Shown here: in pieces, positions 1-8,011 of the stretch
Position numbering within the stretch: position 1 is the first letter of the stretch
Layout: every line of letters begins with the position of its first letter
Assembly (NCBI GenBank): GCA_049511615.1
Contig: JBEKXW010000009.1
Coordinates: 12,703-76,702, forward strand
Direction of reading: 5' to 3'
Length of the DNA: 64,000 bases
From: Candidatus Dormibacteria bacterium
GTDB lineage: Bacteria > Chloroflexota > Dormibacteria > Aeolococcales > Aeolococcaceae
The notes under the pieces: model-generated
What the model was told of the DNA's origin: nothing
What the model saw: the letters and a program-made list of their open reading frames with translations, nothing else
Databases searched by the model: none
Program-made: the position numbers and the translations under genes

Positions 1-38
1 CCACCGGGACGCCGCTGGAAACCCCCACCCGGGTCGAG

Positions 39-1409
39 GTGAAGCATCTCCTGTCCGACAGCCCGACCGCGGCTCCGGTGCCGCCCGGCCCGCTGCAGGC
101 CCGTCTTTTGCAACCACCGCCTCCGGGAGGCGGCGCGCCCGCCCCGCGCGAGCCCGCACCGTCGCTGCTGCGACCCGAAACCGCCGGGAGCGCCGGCGAA
201 GCCGTCCGGAGTCCGGGGGCGCCGGTGGGGCCGCTCGGGCCGGCGTTCCCGCGGCCCACGATCGGTGAGCGACTGGCGAACGGGGGTGATGCGGGGGCGT
301 CGAGACGGGCGCTGCGCGCGTCGCCGGGCTTCCCGGCCTCCTCCCCGCCGCTGCGCCGGACCATGACCGGAGGGCTACCCACCACCCCCGCCCCATCACC
401 GACGGCGGGCTGGAGCCGCCGCGTGACGGAGGTCGTTGCCGCCGACACGCCGGGCCGCGGCGGCCCGCCCCCGGTGGCATGGCAGCCTGGCGTGCCCTTG
501 AGCCGTGCGTTCGACTCGCTTCCGCCACCGGCACTCGCCCCCCCGGCGCCGTCGGCGCCGGACGCCCCGCCCCTCCGGACCCCGACCCCCGGAGACGGCT
601 CCCCCGTGCCGCCGGCCGGTGTGGCGCCGCCGCGACCGCGACCGCTCTCGCCGGTCGACGCCCCGATCGCACCCCCGCCGGGCTGGGGCATGCCGCCGGG
701 CCCGTCCGCGGCCGCTGCCGGCGCCGGAGCGCCATCTGCGCCTCCCGTCCCCTCCGCGCCTCCGACGCCCGTCAGCGCCCCCTCGCCCCCCGCCCTGCCG
801 GCGGACTGGCCGCCGCCCGCGTCCGCGGGCGGCCCTGCGCCAGCCTGGCCACCGGCCCCCTCATCAGGTCTCCCGGCGGCCCCGGCCACTCCCCACGGTC
901 CTCCCCCGTCTCCGGCACCGCCGCCCCTCCCGGACAGCGCCGTCACCGCCGGTCCGCCCCCGGCCGTCCCCTCCACCGTTTCCGGGCCCAGCCCGCCCTC
1001 GCTCCTGGTCGCCGCCGCGATCGGTCTCGTCGTGGGTCTGGCGGTCACCGTCCTCTGGGTCGCCGCCGCGCTCGGCACCGGTCTGTACCTGGGGGAGATC
1101 GCCGTCGTGGTGGGGGCGGCGGCGGGGCTGGTGGTGCGCCAGTGGGCACGGGCCAGCGGCCCGGGACCGACCGTCGTCGCCACCCTGGTCGCATTGGTCG
1201 CGATCGCGCCGGGGATGCTCTTCGCGGCTCTCGCCGTCTACAGCTCCGCCAACGCGGTCTCCTTTGTGAACGCCGTCGGTCTCCTCGACCGCTCCTTCCT
1301 GCCCCAGCTGTGGAGCGAGATCGGCGTGCTCGGGGCCGTCCTCGGGGCGGCGGGCGTCGTCCTCGCCGCGCTCGTCACGCTGCGCTGGCACCGGGCCTCT
1401 TCCCACTGA
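39..1409 (+). CDS. Proline-rich protein with C-terminal multi-pass membrane segment; possibly 5'-partial (frame is open to the window start)
   Basis: Long ORF. The N-terminal ~300 aa are PxxP-rich low complexity, and the C-terminal ~130 aa form 3-4 hydrophobic helices (LLVAAAIGLVVGLAVTVLWVAAALG...). GTG at 39 with no upstream stop in frame. The alternative Arg-rich frames look like GC artefacts. Confidence 0.4.
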   Translation: MKHLLSDSPTAAPVPPGPLQARLLQPPPPGGGAPAPREPAPSLLRPETAGSAGEAVRSPGAPVGPLGPAFPRPTIGERLANGGDAGASRRALRASPGFPASSPPLRRTMTGGLPTTPAPSPTAGWSRRVTEVVAADTPGRGGPPPVAWQPGVPLSRAFDSLPPPALAPPAPSAPDAPPLRTPTPGDGSPVPPAGVAPPRPRPLSPVDAPIAPPPGWGMPPGPSAAAAGAGAPSAPPVPSAPPTPVSAPSPPALPADWPPPASAGGPAPAWPPAPSSGLPAAPATPHGPPPSPAPPPLPDSAVTAGPPPAVPSTVSGPSPPSLLVAAAIGLVVGLAVTVLWVAAALGTGLYLGEIAVVVGAAAGLVVRQWARASGPGPTVVATLVALVAIAPGMLFAALAVYSSANAVSFVNAVGLLDRSFLPQLWSEIGVLGAVLGAAGVVLAALVTLRWHRASSH

Positions 1410-1488
1410 GGGGGGGCGCCGGCTCCCCTGCCGCACCCGGCCTGGCACCCTGACCGCGACCGGCGCTATCCTCGTCTCCCTGGCCCGC

Positions 1489-1563
1489 GCGGGAGTAACT
1501 CAACGGTAGAGTGCAACCTTCCCAAGGTTGAAGTTGCGGGTTCGAGCCCCGTCTCCCGCTCCA
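1489..1563 (+). tRNA. tRNA-Gly (anticodon CCC)
   Basis: 75-nt cloverleaf. Acceptor stem GCGGGAG/CTCCCGC, T-loop TTCGAGC, anticodon loop TTCCCAA (anticodon CCC), 3' CCA encoded. Confidence 0.9.
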
Positions 1564-1779
1564 CACGTCGAGACCGTCAGCGACGTCGTCCGGCCCGAGC
1601 GCCGGCTGAGATGGTCGGCTCCTCGGGGCCACCGCGCCGAGGCAGGAGAGCCGGAGGGCCGCCGGTTCGAGGCCGCGTCCGCGCCGGCCACGGCTGATGC
1701 CGGCGCCATGGGTCTCTTTGGTGAGCAACTGTCGCGCGTTCGCGACGGCGGAATGGTTTCGTGACTGCCAGCATCGGGC

Positions 1780-2010
1780 GGCAGTCTGGACAGCCCGCTG
1801 GTCCGCCCAATGGTCGAAGGAGGTGATGCTCACCACCAGGTCGAAGCTTCCCGAGGAGTACGGGAGCTTCGCAGCGAAGCCGGTCGAGAAGCGCAGCCGG
1901 GCATCGTCGGGGGACGTGGTGCGGGCCACCTGGATCATGCTCGGTGCGGCGTCGACGCCCGCCAGATCGGTCGCGTTGGGCAGTCGCCGACCCGCACCAC
2001 CGGAAGGAGC
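1780..2010 (-). pseudogene. Fragment of a class I SAM-dependent methyltransferase (motif II/III region only)
   Basis: The translated segment ...ATDLAGVDAAPSMIQVAR...KLPYSSGSFDLVVSITSFDHW matches MTase motifs post-I, II and III. No intact GxGxG motif or C-terminal part; the ORF runs through the tRNA on the opposite strand. Confidence 0.25.
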
Positions 2011-2099
2011 CGGTTCGTCACCGGCTGTGCCCGGATCCTCGCCGTGTTCCTGCTCGCGGTCTGGCTGGGCGGAGCCAACGCCTGCCTGGTGGTGGGGTC

Positions 2100-2336
2100 G
2101 CTCGAGCGGGCGCTGGTCTCGCTGCGGGGGCGAAGCTGGCGCACCGCTGCCGCGGCCCGTGCCGGGGCTTGACCGCCGAGCGAGCCGGTGCGGACGACCC
2201 CGAGGCACTCGCGCGTGCCCTGACCCTGCTGCTCGACGGCGCGCTCGCTGAGGGGGTGCTCGCCGCCGAGCCGTCGGCAGCCCAGGCGGCCAAGGACGCC
2301 GCCGCCGCGCTCGTCGAGCTTCACTGCCGGGCGTGA
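2100..2336 (+). pseudogene. Possible TetR-family C-terminal (ligand-domain) remnant without an HTH
   Basis: The C-terminal ...DPEALARALTLLLDGALAEGVLAAEPSAAQAAKDAAAALVELH resembles the tail of TetR ligand-binding domains. The N-terminal part of the ORF has no HTH. Confidence 0.2.
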
Positions 2337-2384
2337 GCCGGCGACCCCTGGGTCGGTGGAAGCTGCTCCGTCAGCCGGATCCCG

Positions 2385-3434
2385 TCAGCCTGCCCCGACG
2401 CTGGCGGCCCCGTGAGCGGGATCCCGCTGCCGGGCGGGGGACAGCATCCCTTCCAGGTGGTCGATGAGCTCCTCGAGAACCTCGGGCTGGAGCACCAGCT
2501 GGCGACGCCCACCCTGGCTGCGGTTGGCCACGATCCCCGCGTCGCGCAGGACCTTCACATGGTTGCTGACCGTGGGCTGGGCCAGCGCGAAGAGCTCGGC
2601 CAGCTCGCTGACCGTGCTCGGGGCCGTGCGGAGCACCTCGACCATGGCCAGCCGGGTCGGGTCCGAGATGGTCTTCAGGCGTCGCGCCAGGATCTCGGTG
2701 CGGGCCCGCGCCTCGGCCCCGCTGCCCTCGGCGCGCACCCCGATCATCACCGTCCCGGGCAGGTCGGCCAGCGAGCCCAGGTGGGCGAAGTAGGAGGGGA
2801 CCACCGCCACGATCCCCCCGGTGGGGAGCGAGGCGACCAGGTCCTCGAGGAGCCGGCCCTCCGGCTTGTAGGTGCTGCGGGCGACCTCCTGCCACGGGGC
2901 GCCCCGGTGCTGGATCTCGCGCCGGGCCGCGACCGCCGCCTCCACGGAACGCAGGCCGTTCCGCATCCAGTCCGATCGGACGGCGGACCAGACGTCGCGC
3001 ACCATCTCCACGAAGGCGCGGCGGGTCTCGGGCGACGAGCGCAACCGGGCCAGGCGGTTCCTCATCGCCACCCTGTCCTCGGGCGTTTCCGAGGCGAGCC
3101 GCAGGTCCACCGGTGCATCGGCGCAGAGGCTCTCGAGCCGGCCCAGCACCTCCTCGGCATCGAGCGAGAAGAGCAGCCCCCCGTGGTGGGCGAGGATGCC
3201 CACCTCCATCGAGCCGCTGCAGTCGGTCGCTTCCTCCGTGCCCCAGAAGGTGCGCACCCGCTCGCCCAGCTGGGGGGATTCGGCGTAGACCCTGCCGAGG
3301 GTGGCGTGGTCGCGGCGGAACTCGGGTCGCGAGGCGGCATGCAGGACCCAGTCCAGCTCGGACGCGACGGAACCGCCCACCACCACGTCGGGGGACGGTT
3401 GCTCCGATGCGGGCTGCTCGTGATAGAAGGGCAT
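2385..3434 (-). CDS. ArsR-family transcriptional regulator with a ~250-aa N-terminal extension (DUF5937-like) and a C-terminal winged HTH
   Basis: C-terminal ISDPTRLAMVEVLRTAPSTVSELAELFALAQPTVSNHVKVLRDAGIV is an HTH_20/ArsR motif. ATG at 3434 checked on the sequence. Confidence 0.8.
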   Translation of the reverse strand: MPFYHEQPASEQPSPDVVVGGSVASELDWVLHAASRPEFRRDHATLGRVYAESPQLGERVRTFWGTEEATDCSGSMEVGILAHHGGLLFSLDAEEVLGRLESLCADAPVDLRLASETPEDRVAMRNRLARLRSSPETRRAFVEMVRDVWSAVRSDWMRNGLRSVEAAVAARREIQHRGAPWQEVARSTYKPEGRLLEDLVASLPTGGIVAVVPSYFAHLGSLADLPGTVMIGVRAEGSGAEARARTEILARRLKTISDPTRLAMVEVLRTAPSTVSELAELFALAQPTVSNHVKVLRDAGIVANRSQGGRRQLVLQPEVLEELIDHLEGMLSPARQRDPAHGAASVGAG

Positions 3435-3461
3435 AGCTACGAGACTATATCATGATCTGGC

Positions 3462-3487
3462 TTGACATACTGATCAGTTCATGTCAA
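3462..3487. promoter_or_regulatory. AT-rich imperfect palindrome TTGACAT-N12-ATGTCAA (core CTGATCAG) 28 bp upstream of the ArsR gene start; candidate operator/promoter
   Basis: Read directly from the sequence. It lies in an AT-rich island in an otherwise ~72% GC window; TTGACA also fits a -35 box. Confidence 0.4.
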
Positions 3488-3794
3488 AATTCGGATATGG
3501 CTATGGACCCATGGATCACCCGACAAGCCGCAGGCGCGCGGATCGACGACCTGCGCCGCATCGCCGCCCGCGATCGACTCGCACGGGACGTCACGCCCCG
3601 TGACCGGCACTCCCTCGGTCAGCCGGCGGCGATCCGCCTCGCCGGGGAGGTCCTCCTGCGCTGGGCGTTCCCCGGCCGCTGAGGCCCGAGATCGCGCGGT
3701 CGTCGGGGGCCGGTCGCGCAGAGGTGTCGCCCCGGATGGCGTCCGCCGGCCGCGGCTGGCCAGGCCCCCAGGGGCCGCCCCACCTGCTGGGCAC

Positions 3795-3995
3795 TCAGCG
3801 GGCGCGGGCCGTCCAGCGGAGCACGAGGTACACCGCCAGCGCGATCAGCCCCAGGACCACCACCGTCTTGATCAGGAACATGATCACCCCGGCGGGCCAG
3901 CCGAGGATGACGTAGGCGAGGATCACCGCGATGACGGCGGTGACGATGATCGTGAGGGCGTGATGCGGCTGGAGCCGAGCCGGGGAGGTGCTCAT
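3795..3995 (-). CDS. Small hydrophobic membrane protein (66 aa, 2 TM)
   Basis: ORF with two clear transmembrane helices, transcribed divergently from the trx operon. Confidence 0.4.
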   Translation of the reverse strand: MSTSPARLQPHHALTIIVTAVIAVILAYVILGWPAGVIMFLIKTVVVLGLIALAVYLVLRWTARAR

Positions 3996-4110
3996 GGCCA
4001 GATCATGTCACGTTCCCGATCGGACCGCCGCAGCCACTGCCGGGAGACGCCGGTGGCGGCGCGTGCGCCGGTGGCGGCCGGCCACGCCGGGTGGGGCCGG
4101 AGTTGTTCGG

Positions 4111-4126
4111 ATACCCCTGGGGGTAT
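4111..4126. promoter_or_regulatory. Perfect palindrome ATACCCC-T-GGGGGTAT, a CsoR/CstR-type operator upstream of trx
   Basis: Seen in the sequence ~50 bp upstream of the trx ATG. Operators of the CsoR family are GC-rich pseudo-palindromes of the ATACC...GGTAT type. Confidence 0.5.
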
Positions 4127-4176
4127 ATAGTCGGGAACGCAAGAACCCCGCACGGGGGCATCAACTCGAGGTGGCC

Positions 4177-4554
4177 ATGTCGACGATCGCGCTGAGTGGA
4201 AAGAGCTTCTCCGAGACGGTGAGCCGGGATGGGATCGTCATGGTCGACTTCTGGGCGGCCTGGTGCGGGCCGTGCCGCGCCTTCGCGCCGGTGTTCGAGG
4301 CGGCGGCCACCGAGCACCCGGACATCGTCTTCGCCAAGGTCGACACCGAGGCGGAGCCGGCCCTCTCGAGGTCACTCGGGATCATGTCCATCCCCACCCT
4401 GATGATCTTCCGGGACGGCATCCTGGTCTTCGAACAGCCCGGTGCCCAGCCCGCGGCGGTGCTGGCCAGGCTGATCGACGCTGTCAGGGACCTGGACATG
4501 GACGCGGTCCGCCAGGAGATGACCGCCCCTGGAGCGGTCGCGGAGACGGCATGA
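4177..4554 (+). CDS. trxA: Thioredoxin
   Basis: WCGPC active site (DFWAAWCGPCRAF), ~125 aa, GAGG RBS 6 nt upstream of the ATG. Confidence 0.9.
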   Translation: MSTIALSGKSFSETVSRDGIVMVDFWAAWCGPCRAFAPVFEAAATEHPDIVFAKVDTEAEPALSRSLGIMSIPTLMIFRDGILVFEQPGAQPAAVLARLIDAVRDLDMDAVRQEMTAPGAVAETA

Positions 4555-4985
4555 CCGCCACCGCATCGACGAGCCGCCGGTTGCGGGTCGACCACGAGCG
4601 CGTCGACCGGTTCCGGATCACGGTCCGCCAGCACACCCTCTGGGTCGACCAGCCCGTGCTCGACGGCGGCGAGGACGGGGCCGCCACCCCCACCGAGCTG
4701 TTCGTCGCCAGCCTCGCCTCGTGCGTGGCCTTCTACGTCCGCCGCTTCCTCGCGCGGCACGGGCTGCCGGTGGCCGGGCTGTCCGTCATCGCCGACTACG
4801 ACATGGCCGCCCAGCCGGCCCGGGTGGGTGAGGTCCGCCTGCAGGTGCAGCTGGCGGGCGATCTGCCGCCGGAGCGGCGGGCGGCGCTGCTTGCGGTCGC
4901 CGCGCGCTGCACTGTCCACAACACCGTGCAGCACGGTCTCCCGGTCCGGATCGCGCTGGCCGCACCGGTCTCGGACCGGGCATGA
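4551..4985 (+). CDS. OsmC/Ohr-family peroxiredoxin-like protein
   Basis: ATGA overlap with the trx stop. OsmC-like sequence with conserved Cys (ASLASC..., AARCTVHN). Confidence 0.8.
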   Translation: MTATASTSRRLRVDHERVDRFRITVRQHTLWVDQPVLDGGEDGAATPTELFVASLASCVAFYVRRFLARHGLPVAGLSVIADYDMAAQPARVGEVRLQVQLAGDLPPERRAALLAVAARCTVHNTVQHGLPVRIALAAPVSDRA

Positions 4986-5037
4986 CGGGAAGGGGACGGC
5001 TCGCGACCGCGCTCGCGGCTCCCGAGCGGGGGCGGTC

Positions 5038-5307
5038 GTGAAGCTGGACGATGCGGCCGTCACCGAGGTGCTGCGGCGGCTGCGGCGGGCTGACGGCCAG
5101 ATCCGCGGCGTCATCCGCATGCTCGAGGAGGGCCGCGACTGCGTGGAGGTGGTGACCCAGCTCGCGGCGGTGTCCAGCGCCCTCGATCGGGCGGGTTTCC
5201 GGTTGATCGCGACCGGCCTCCAGCAGTGCGTGGCCGCGCGCGAGGGAGGCGAGGCTCCCACCATCGACGAGGGGCAGCTGGAGAAGCTCTTCCTATCCCT
5301 GGCGTGA
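5038..5307 (+). CDS. CsoR/RcnR/CstR-family (DUF156) metal- or persulfide-sensing repressor
   Basis: ~90 aa with IRGVIRMLEEGRDCVEVVTQL...LQQCVAA. It has two Cys at the CsoR ligand positions but no His at the C-4 position, i.e. the CstR/FrmR-like subtype. GTG start at 5038. Confidence 0.8.
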   Translation: MKLDDAAVTEVLRRLRRADGQIRGVIRMLEEGRDCVEVVTQLAAVSSALDRAGFRLIATGLQQCVAAREGGEAPTIDEGQLEKLFLSLA

Positions 5308-5718
5308 GCCTGGGGTGGCGCTCGCGACCGCCGGCTCGGCGACGGGGAGCGGATCCCGGGGACGGGTCTCCGGATGGCGGTCGAGCACGATCTGGTGGAC
5401 GATGTCGCATGCCTGCGCGATGCGCGGCTCCGCCAGCGAGTAGTAGACGGTGGTCCCGCCGCGCCGGGTGGCGACCAGCCCCGCGTGCCGCATCACTGAC
5501 AGATGCTGGCTGGCGTTGGGGAGGCTCATCCCCACGGTTTCGGCCAGGTCGCTGACGCAGCGCTCACCGCTCCTCAGCGCCTGGAGGATCATCAGGCGCT
5601 TGGGGTCGGTGAGGACCTTGCACATCTCGGCGTGAAGCCGGAAGGCCTCGGCGTTCCGCCGCCGGTCGTCGGCCTGCGCGCTGCTCGGCTCATCCGTCAT
5701 GGTCGCCATCGTAGCCAT
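5293..5718 (-). CDS. ArsR-family regulator with SqrR/BigR-like two-cysteine arrangement
   Basis: HTH_20 core (LTDPKRLMILQAL...VSDLAETVGMSLPNASQHLSVMRHAGLV). Cys in helix 2 (HAEMCKVL) and near the C-terminus (AQACDIV). ATG at 5718 verified. Confidence 0.8.
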   Translation of the reverse strand: MATMATMTDEPSSAQADDRRRNAEAFRLHAEMCKVLTDPKRLMILQALRSGERCVSDLAETVGMSLPNASQHLSVMRHAGLVATRRGGTTVYYSLAEPRIAQACDIVHQIVLDRHPETRPRDPLPVAEPAVASATPGSRQG

Positions 5719-5720
5719 TA

Positions 5721-5736
5721 TTGCGTCATTTCGCAA
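5721..5736. promoter_or_regulatory. Palindrome TTGCG-N6-CGCAA (site 1), immediately upstream of the ArsR2 start
   Basis: Read from the sequence; the same motif recurs at 5922-5937. Confidence 0.4.
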
Positions 5737-5921
5737 GTAACCAGCCAGCGGACGGATTCCGTCCCGTGACGGGCCGCCATGGACGGCGGGGTCCCCAGGC
5801 ATGCCTGTGCCAGACAGCCCGCGCCGATAAGGCCGTTGGGCACGGCTGGCGGTGGGCAGGAGTTCGGGGGGCAGAGGACGTTGCGCCCTGGAAGGCGCCG
5901 CGAGAAGCGCGGAGACTTTGG

Positions 5922-5937
5922 TTGCGTATAAGCGCAA
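5922..5937. promoter_or_regulatory. Palindrome TTGCG-N6-CGCAA (site 2), ~80 bp upstream of the dsrE-like gene
   Basis: Read from the sequence. It lies in the divergent intergenic region between ArsR2 and the dsrE-tusA-hdr operon. Confidence 0.4.
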
Positions 5938-6017
5938 GGACGCAACAAACGTGGCGACCCTCACCCGGTCGGGTGGCGGGCGGTGAGAGCCGGGCGACTA
6001 CGGAGGTGACGACGCAG

Positions 6018-6611
6018 ATGGTGGACAGCATGGCGACATCGACGACGGCCATGGCGGAGCGCACCGGCCCGGCGCTGACCGAGGAGGACGTGCGGCGGAT
6101 CGTGAGGTCCGAGATGGAGCGCGCCGTCGCCCGGGACCCCGGGAGCGGGAGGGCGACGATCATCGCCTCGAAGGGGACCCTCGACTTCGCCTACCCTCCC
6201 CTGATCCTCGCCACCACCGCGGCCGCCTCGGGGATGCAGACCTCGGTCTTCTTCACCTTCTACGGCCTGAACATCATCCACAAGGACTTCGAGCGCCTGC
6301 TCAAGGTCTCGCCGCTCGGCAACCCGGCGATGCCGATGCCGGTCACGATGCCGAACTTCGTTCTCGGGCTCCCCGGGATGGGCCCGATGGCGACCGGGAT
6401 GATGAAGGCGAAGTTCCGGGGCAAGCACGTCGCCTCCATCCGCGAGCTTCTCGCCACGGCACGGGAGCTCGACGTCCGGCTGATCGCGTGCCAGATGACC
6501 ATGGACGTCTTCGGTTACAAGCCCGAGGACTTCATCGAGGGAGTCGAGTTCGCCGGCGCGGCGGCCTTCCTCGCCGAGGCGCGTAAGGCGCACCTCACTC
6601 TCTTCATCTAG
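6018..6611 (+). CDS. DsrE/DsrF-like (DsrE2-type) sulfur-relay family protein
   Basis: Motif ATIIASKGTLDFAYPPLILATTAAASGMQTSVFFTFYGLNII is typical of the DsrE_2 family. First gene of the operon. Confidence 0.7.
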   Translation: MVDSMATSTTAMAERTGPALTEEDVRRIVRSEMERAVARDPGSGRATIIASKGTLDFAYPPLILATTAAASGMQTSVFFTFYGLNIIHKDFERLLKVSPLGNPAMPMPVTMPNFVLGLPGMGPMATGMMKAKFRGKHVASIRELLATARELDVRLIACQMTMDVFGYKPEDFIEGVEFAGAAAFLAEARKAHLTLFI

Positions 6612-6656
6612 GCCGGGCCACACCCGAGAACAGAGAACGCGTTCAGGAAGGAAACC

Positions 6657-6908
6657 ATGGCTGAGACCGAGATTCAGGCGACGGTGGTCGTCGACGCCCG
6701 CGGGCTGCTCTGCCCGATGCCGATCGTCAAGACCGCCAAGGCGATGAAGGAGCTCGCGCCCGGGGACGTGCTCAAGGTGATGGCCACCGACCGGGGGTCG
6801 GTCGCGGACGTCCCCGCCTGGGCGGGGAGCACCGGCAACGAGCTGCTGGAGTGGCATCAGGAGGGTGAGACGTTCGTCTTCCTGCTGCGCAAGGGCGAGG
6901 GGGACTGA
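6657..6908 (+). CDS. tusA: TusA-like sulfur carrier protein
   Basis: 83 aa with the CPxP motif (LLCPMPIV). AGGAAGG RBS. Confidence 0.85.
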   Translation: MAETEIQATVVVDARGLLCPMPIVKTAKAMKELAPGDVLKVMATDRGSVADVPAWAGSTGNELLEWHQEGETFVFLLRKGEGD

Positions 6909-6912
6909 TCCC

Positions 6913-7281
6913 ATGGCAGAGACCCAGAAGCTGGTGATCATGGTCACCCACGGTCCCGCCGAGCCGGAGCTCGCCTCCATCCCCTTCTCGATGGCCGGCG
7001 GAGCCCTGGCGTCGGACGTCGACGTCGTCATGGGCTTCCAGGGCGACGGCTGCCTGCTGGTCAAGAAGGGGGTTGCGGACACGGTGGCGGCGCCCGGGTT
7101 CACGCCGCTGCGCGAGCTGCTGCCGACCATCCAGGAGCTGGGGGGCAAGATCCTGGTCTGCTCCCCGTGCTGCAAGAGCCGCGGTCTGACCGAGGCGGAC
7201 CTGGTGGACGGAGCGGAGATCGTCGCGGCGGGCAGGTTCGTCGCCGAGATCACCTCGGCGACCAACAGCCTCACCTACTGA
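6913..7281 (+). CDS. DsrE-family sulfur-relay protein
   Basis: DsrE/DsrF fold signature (KLVIMVTHGP...GGKILVCSPCCKSRGL), 122 aa. Confidence 0.8.
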   Translation: MAETQKLVIMVTHGPAEPELASIPFSMAGGALASDVDVVMGFQGDGCLLVKKGVADTVAAPGFTPLRELLPTIQELGGKILVCSPCCKSRGLTEADLVDGAEIVAAGRFVAEITSATNSLTY

Positions 7282-7293
7282 GAGGAGACGGAG

Positions 7294-7560
7294 ATGTCGA
7301 CGGTGCTGACCGAGGCGGATGTGGCGGCGCTCGGCGTCGCCAAGGTCGTGGACGCGCGCGGCACGGGATGCCCAGGGCCGCTGCTCGAGGCCAAGAAGGC
7401 GATGGCGGGCATCGCCGTCGGCGATGTGATCGAGCTCTGGTCGAGCGACCCCCAGACCAAGGCCGACGTGGCGGCCTGGGCCGGCAAGGTTGGCCACGGG
7501 TTCCTCGGTGCGGTCGCCGCCCAGGGGTACGACCGCGTCCTCGTCCGCCGCGCCCGGTGA
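7294..7560 (+). CDS. tusA: TusA-like sulfur carrier protein (second copy)
   Basis: 88 aa with the CPxP motif (TGCPGPLL). GAGGAGA RBS. Confidence 0.85.
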   Translation: MSTVLTEADVAALGVAKVVDARGTGCPGPLLEAKKAMAGIAVGDVIELWSSDPQTKADVAAWAGKVGHGFLGAVAAQGYDRVLVRRAR

Positions 7561-7576
7561 GCTGAGGCCTGGTCGC

Positions 7577-8005
7577 GTGGTCCAGCCCGCGCCCTGCGGC
7601 GTCGAGGCGGGACCGGCGCGCGCGCCCCGGGTTCTCGTCTTCTCCACCAACGCCATCTCCGATCCCGGCATCGATCTGGCGGGGAGCTCGCACATGCACT
7701 ACTCACCCGAGGTGGTCGTCATCAGCCTGCCGTGCACCAGCGGGGTGCGGCCGGGGTGGATCGTCCACGCCCTCGAGCGGGGCTTCGATGGCGTCTTCAT
7801 CGCCGCCGACGGCGAGGAGTGCGGCTACCTGCCGGACTGCACCGCGCGCTCGTCGCGCATCGTCCAGGCGGCCCAGGCGCTGATGGCGGAGCGGGGGATC
7901 GACGGGCGCAGGGTGAAGATGGCGGCCATCTGCTCGGTGTGCGCCGAGCCGTTCACCCGCCAGGTGCGCGGCTTCACCGAGTCCCTGGCGGCGCTGGAGG
8001 GGTAG
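7577..8005 (+). CDS. MvhD/FlpD-like (methyl-viologen-reducing hydrogenase delta subunit family) protein
   Basis: RVLVFSTNAISDPGIDLAG...VVVISLPCTSGVRPGWIVHALERGFDGVFIAADGEECGYLPDC matches the MvhD fold. GTG start at 7577. The usual N-terminal CxxC is replaced by S/I. Confidence 0.65.
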   Translation: MVQPAPCGVEAGPARAPRVLVFSTNAISDPGIDLAGSSHMHYSPEVVVISLPCTSGVRPGWIVHALERGFDGVFIAADGEECGYLPDCTARSSRIVQAAQALMAERGIDGRRVKMAAICSVCAEPFTRQVRGFTESLAALEG

Positions 8006-8011
8006 GGGGCG

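Noticed and set aside
3452-3682. 76-aa plus-strand ORF divergent from the long ArsR gene.
   Set aside because: It starts inside the AT-rich operator/promoter island and has no homology. It is more likely promoter sequence than a gene.
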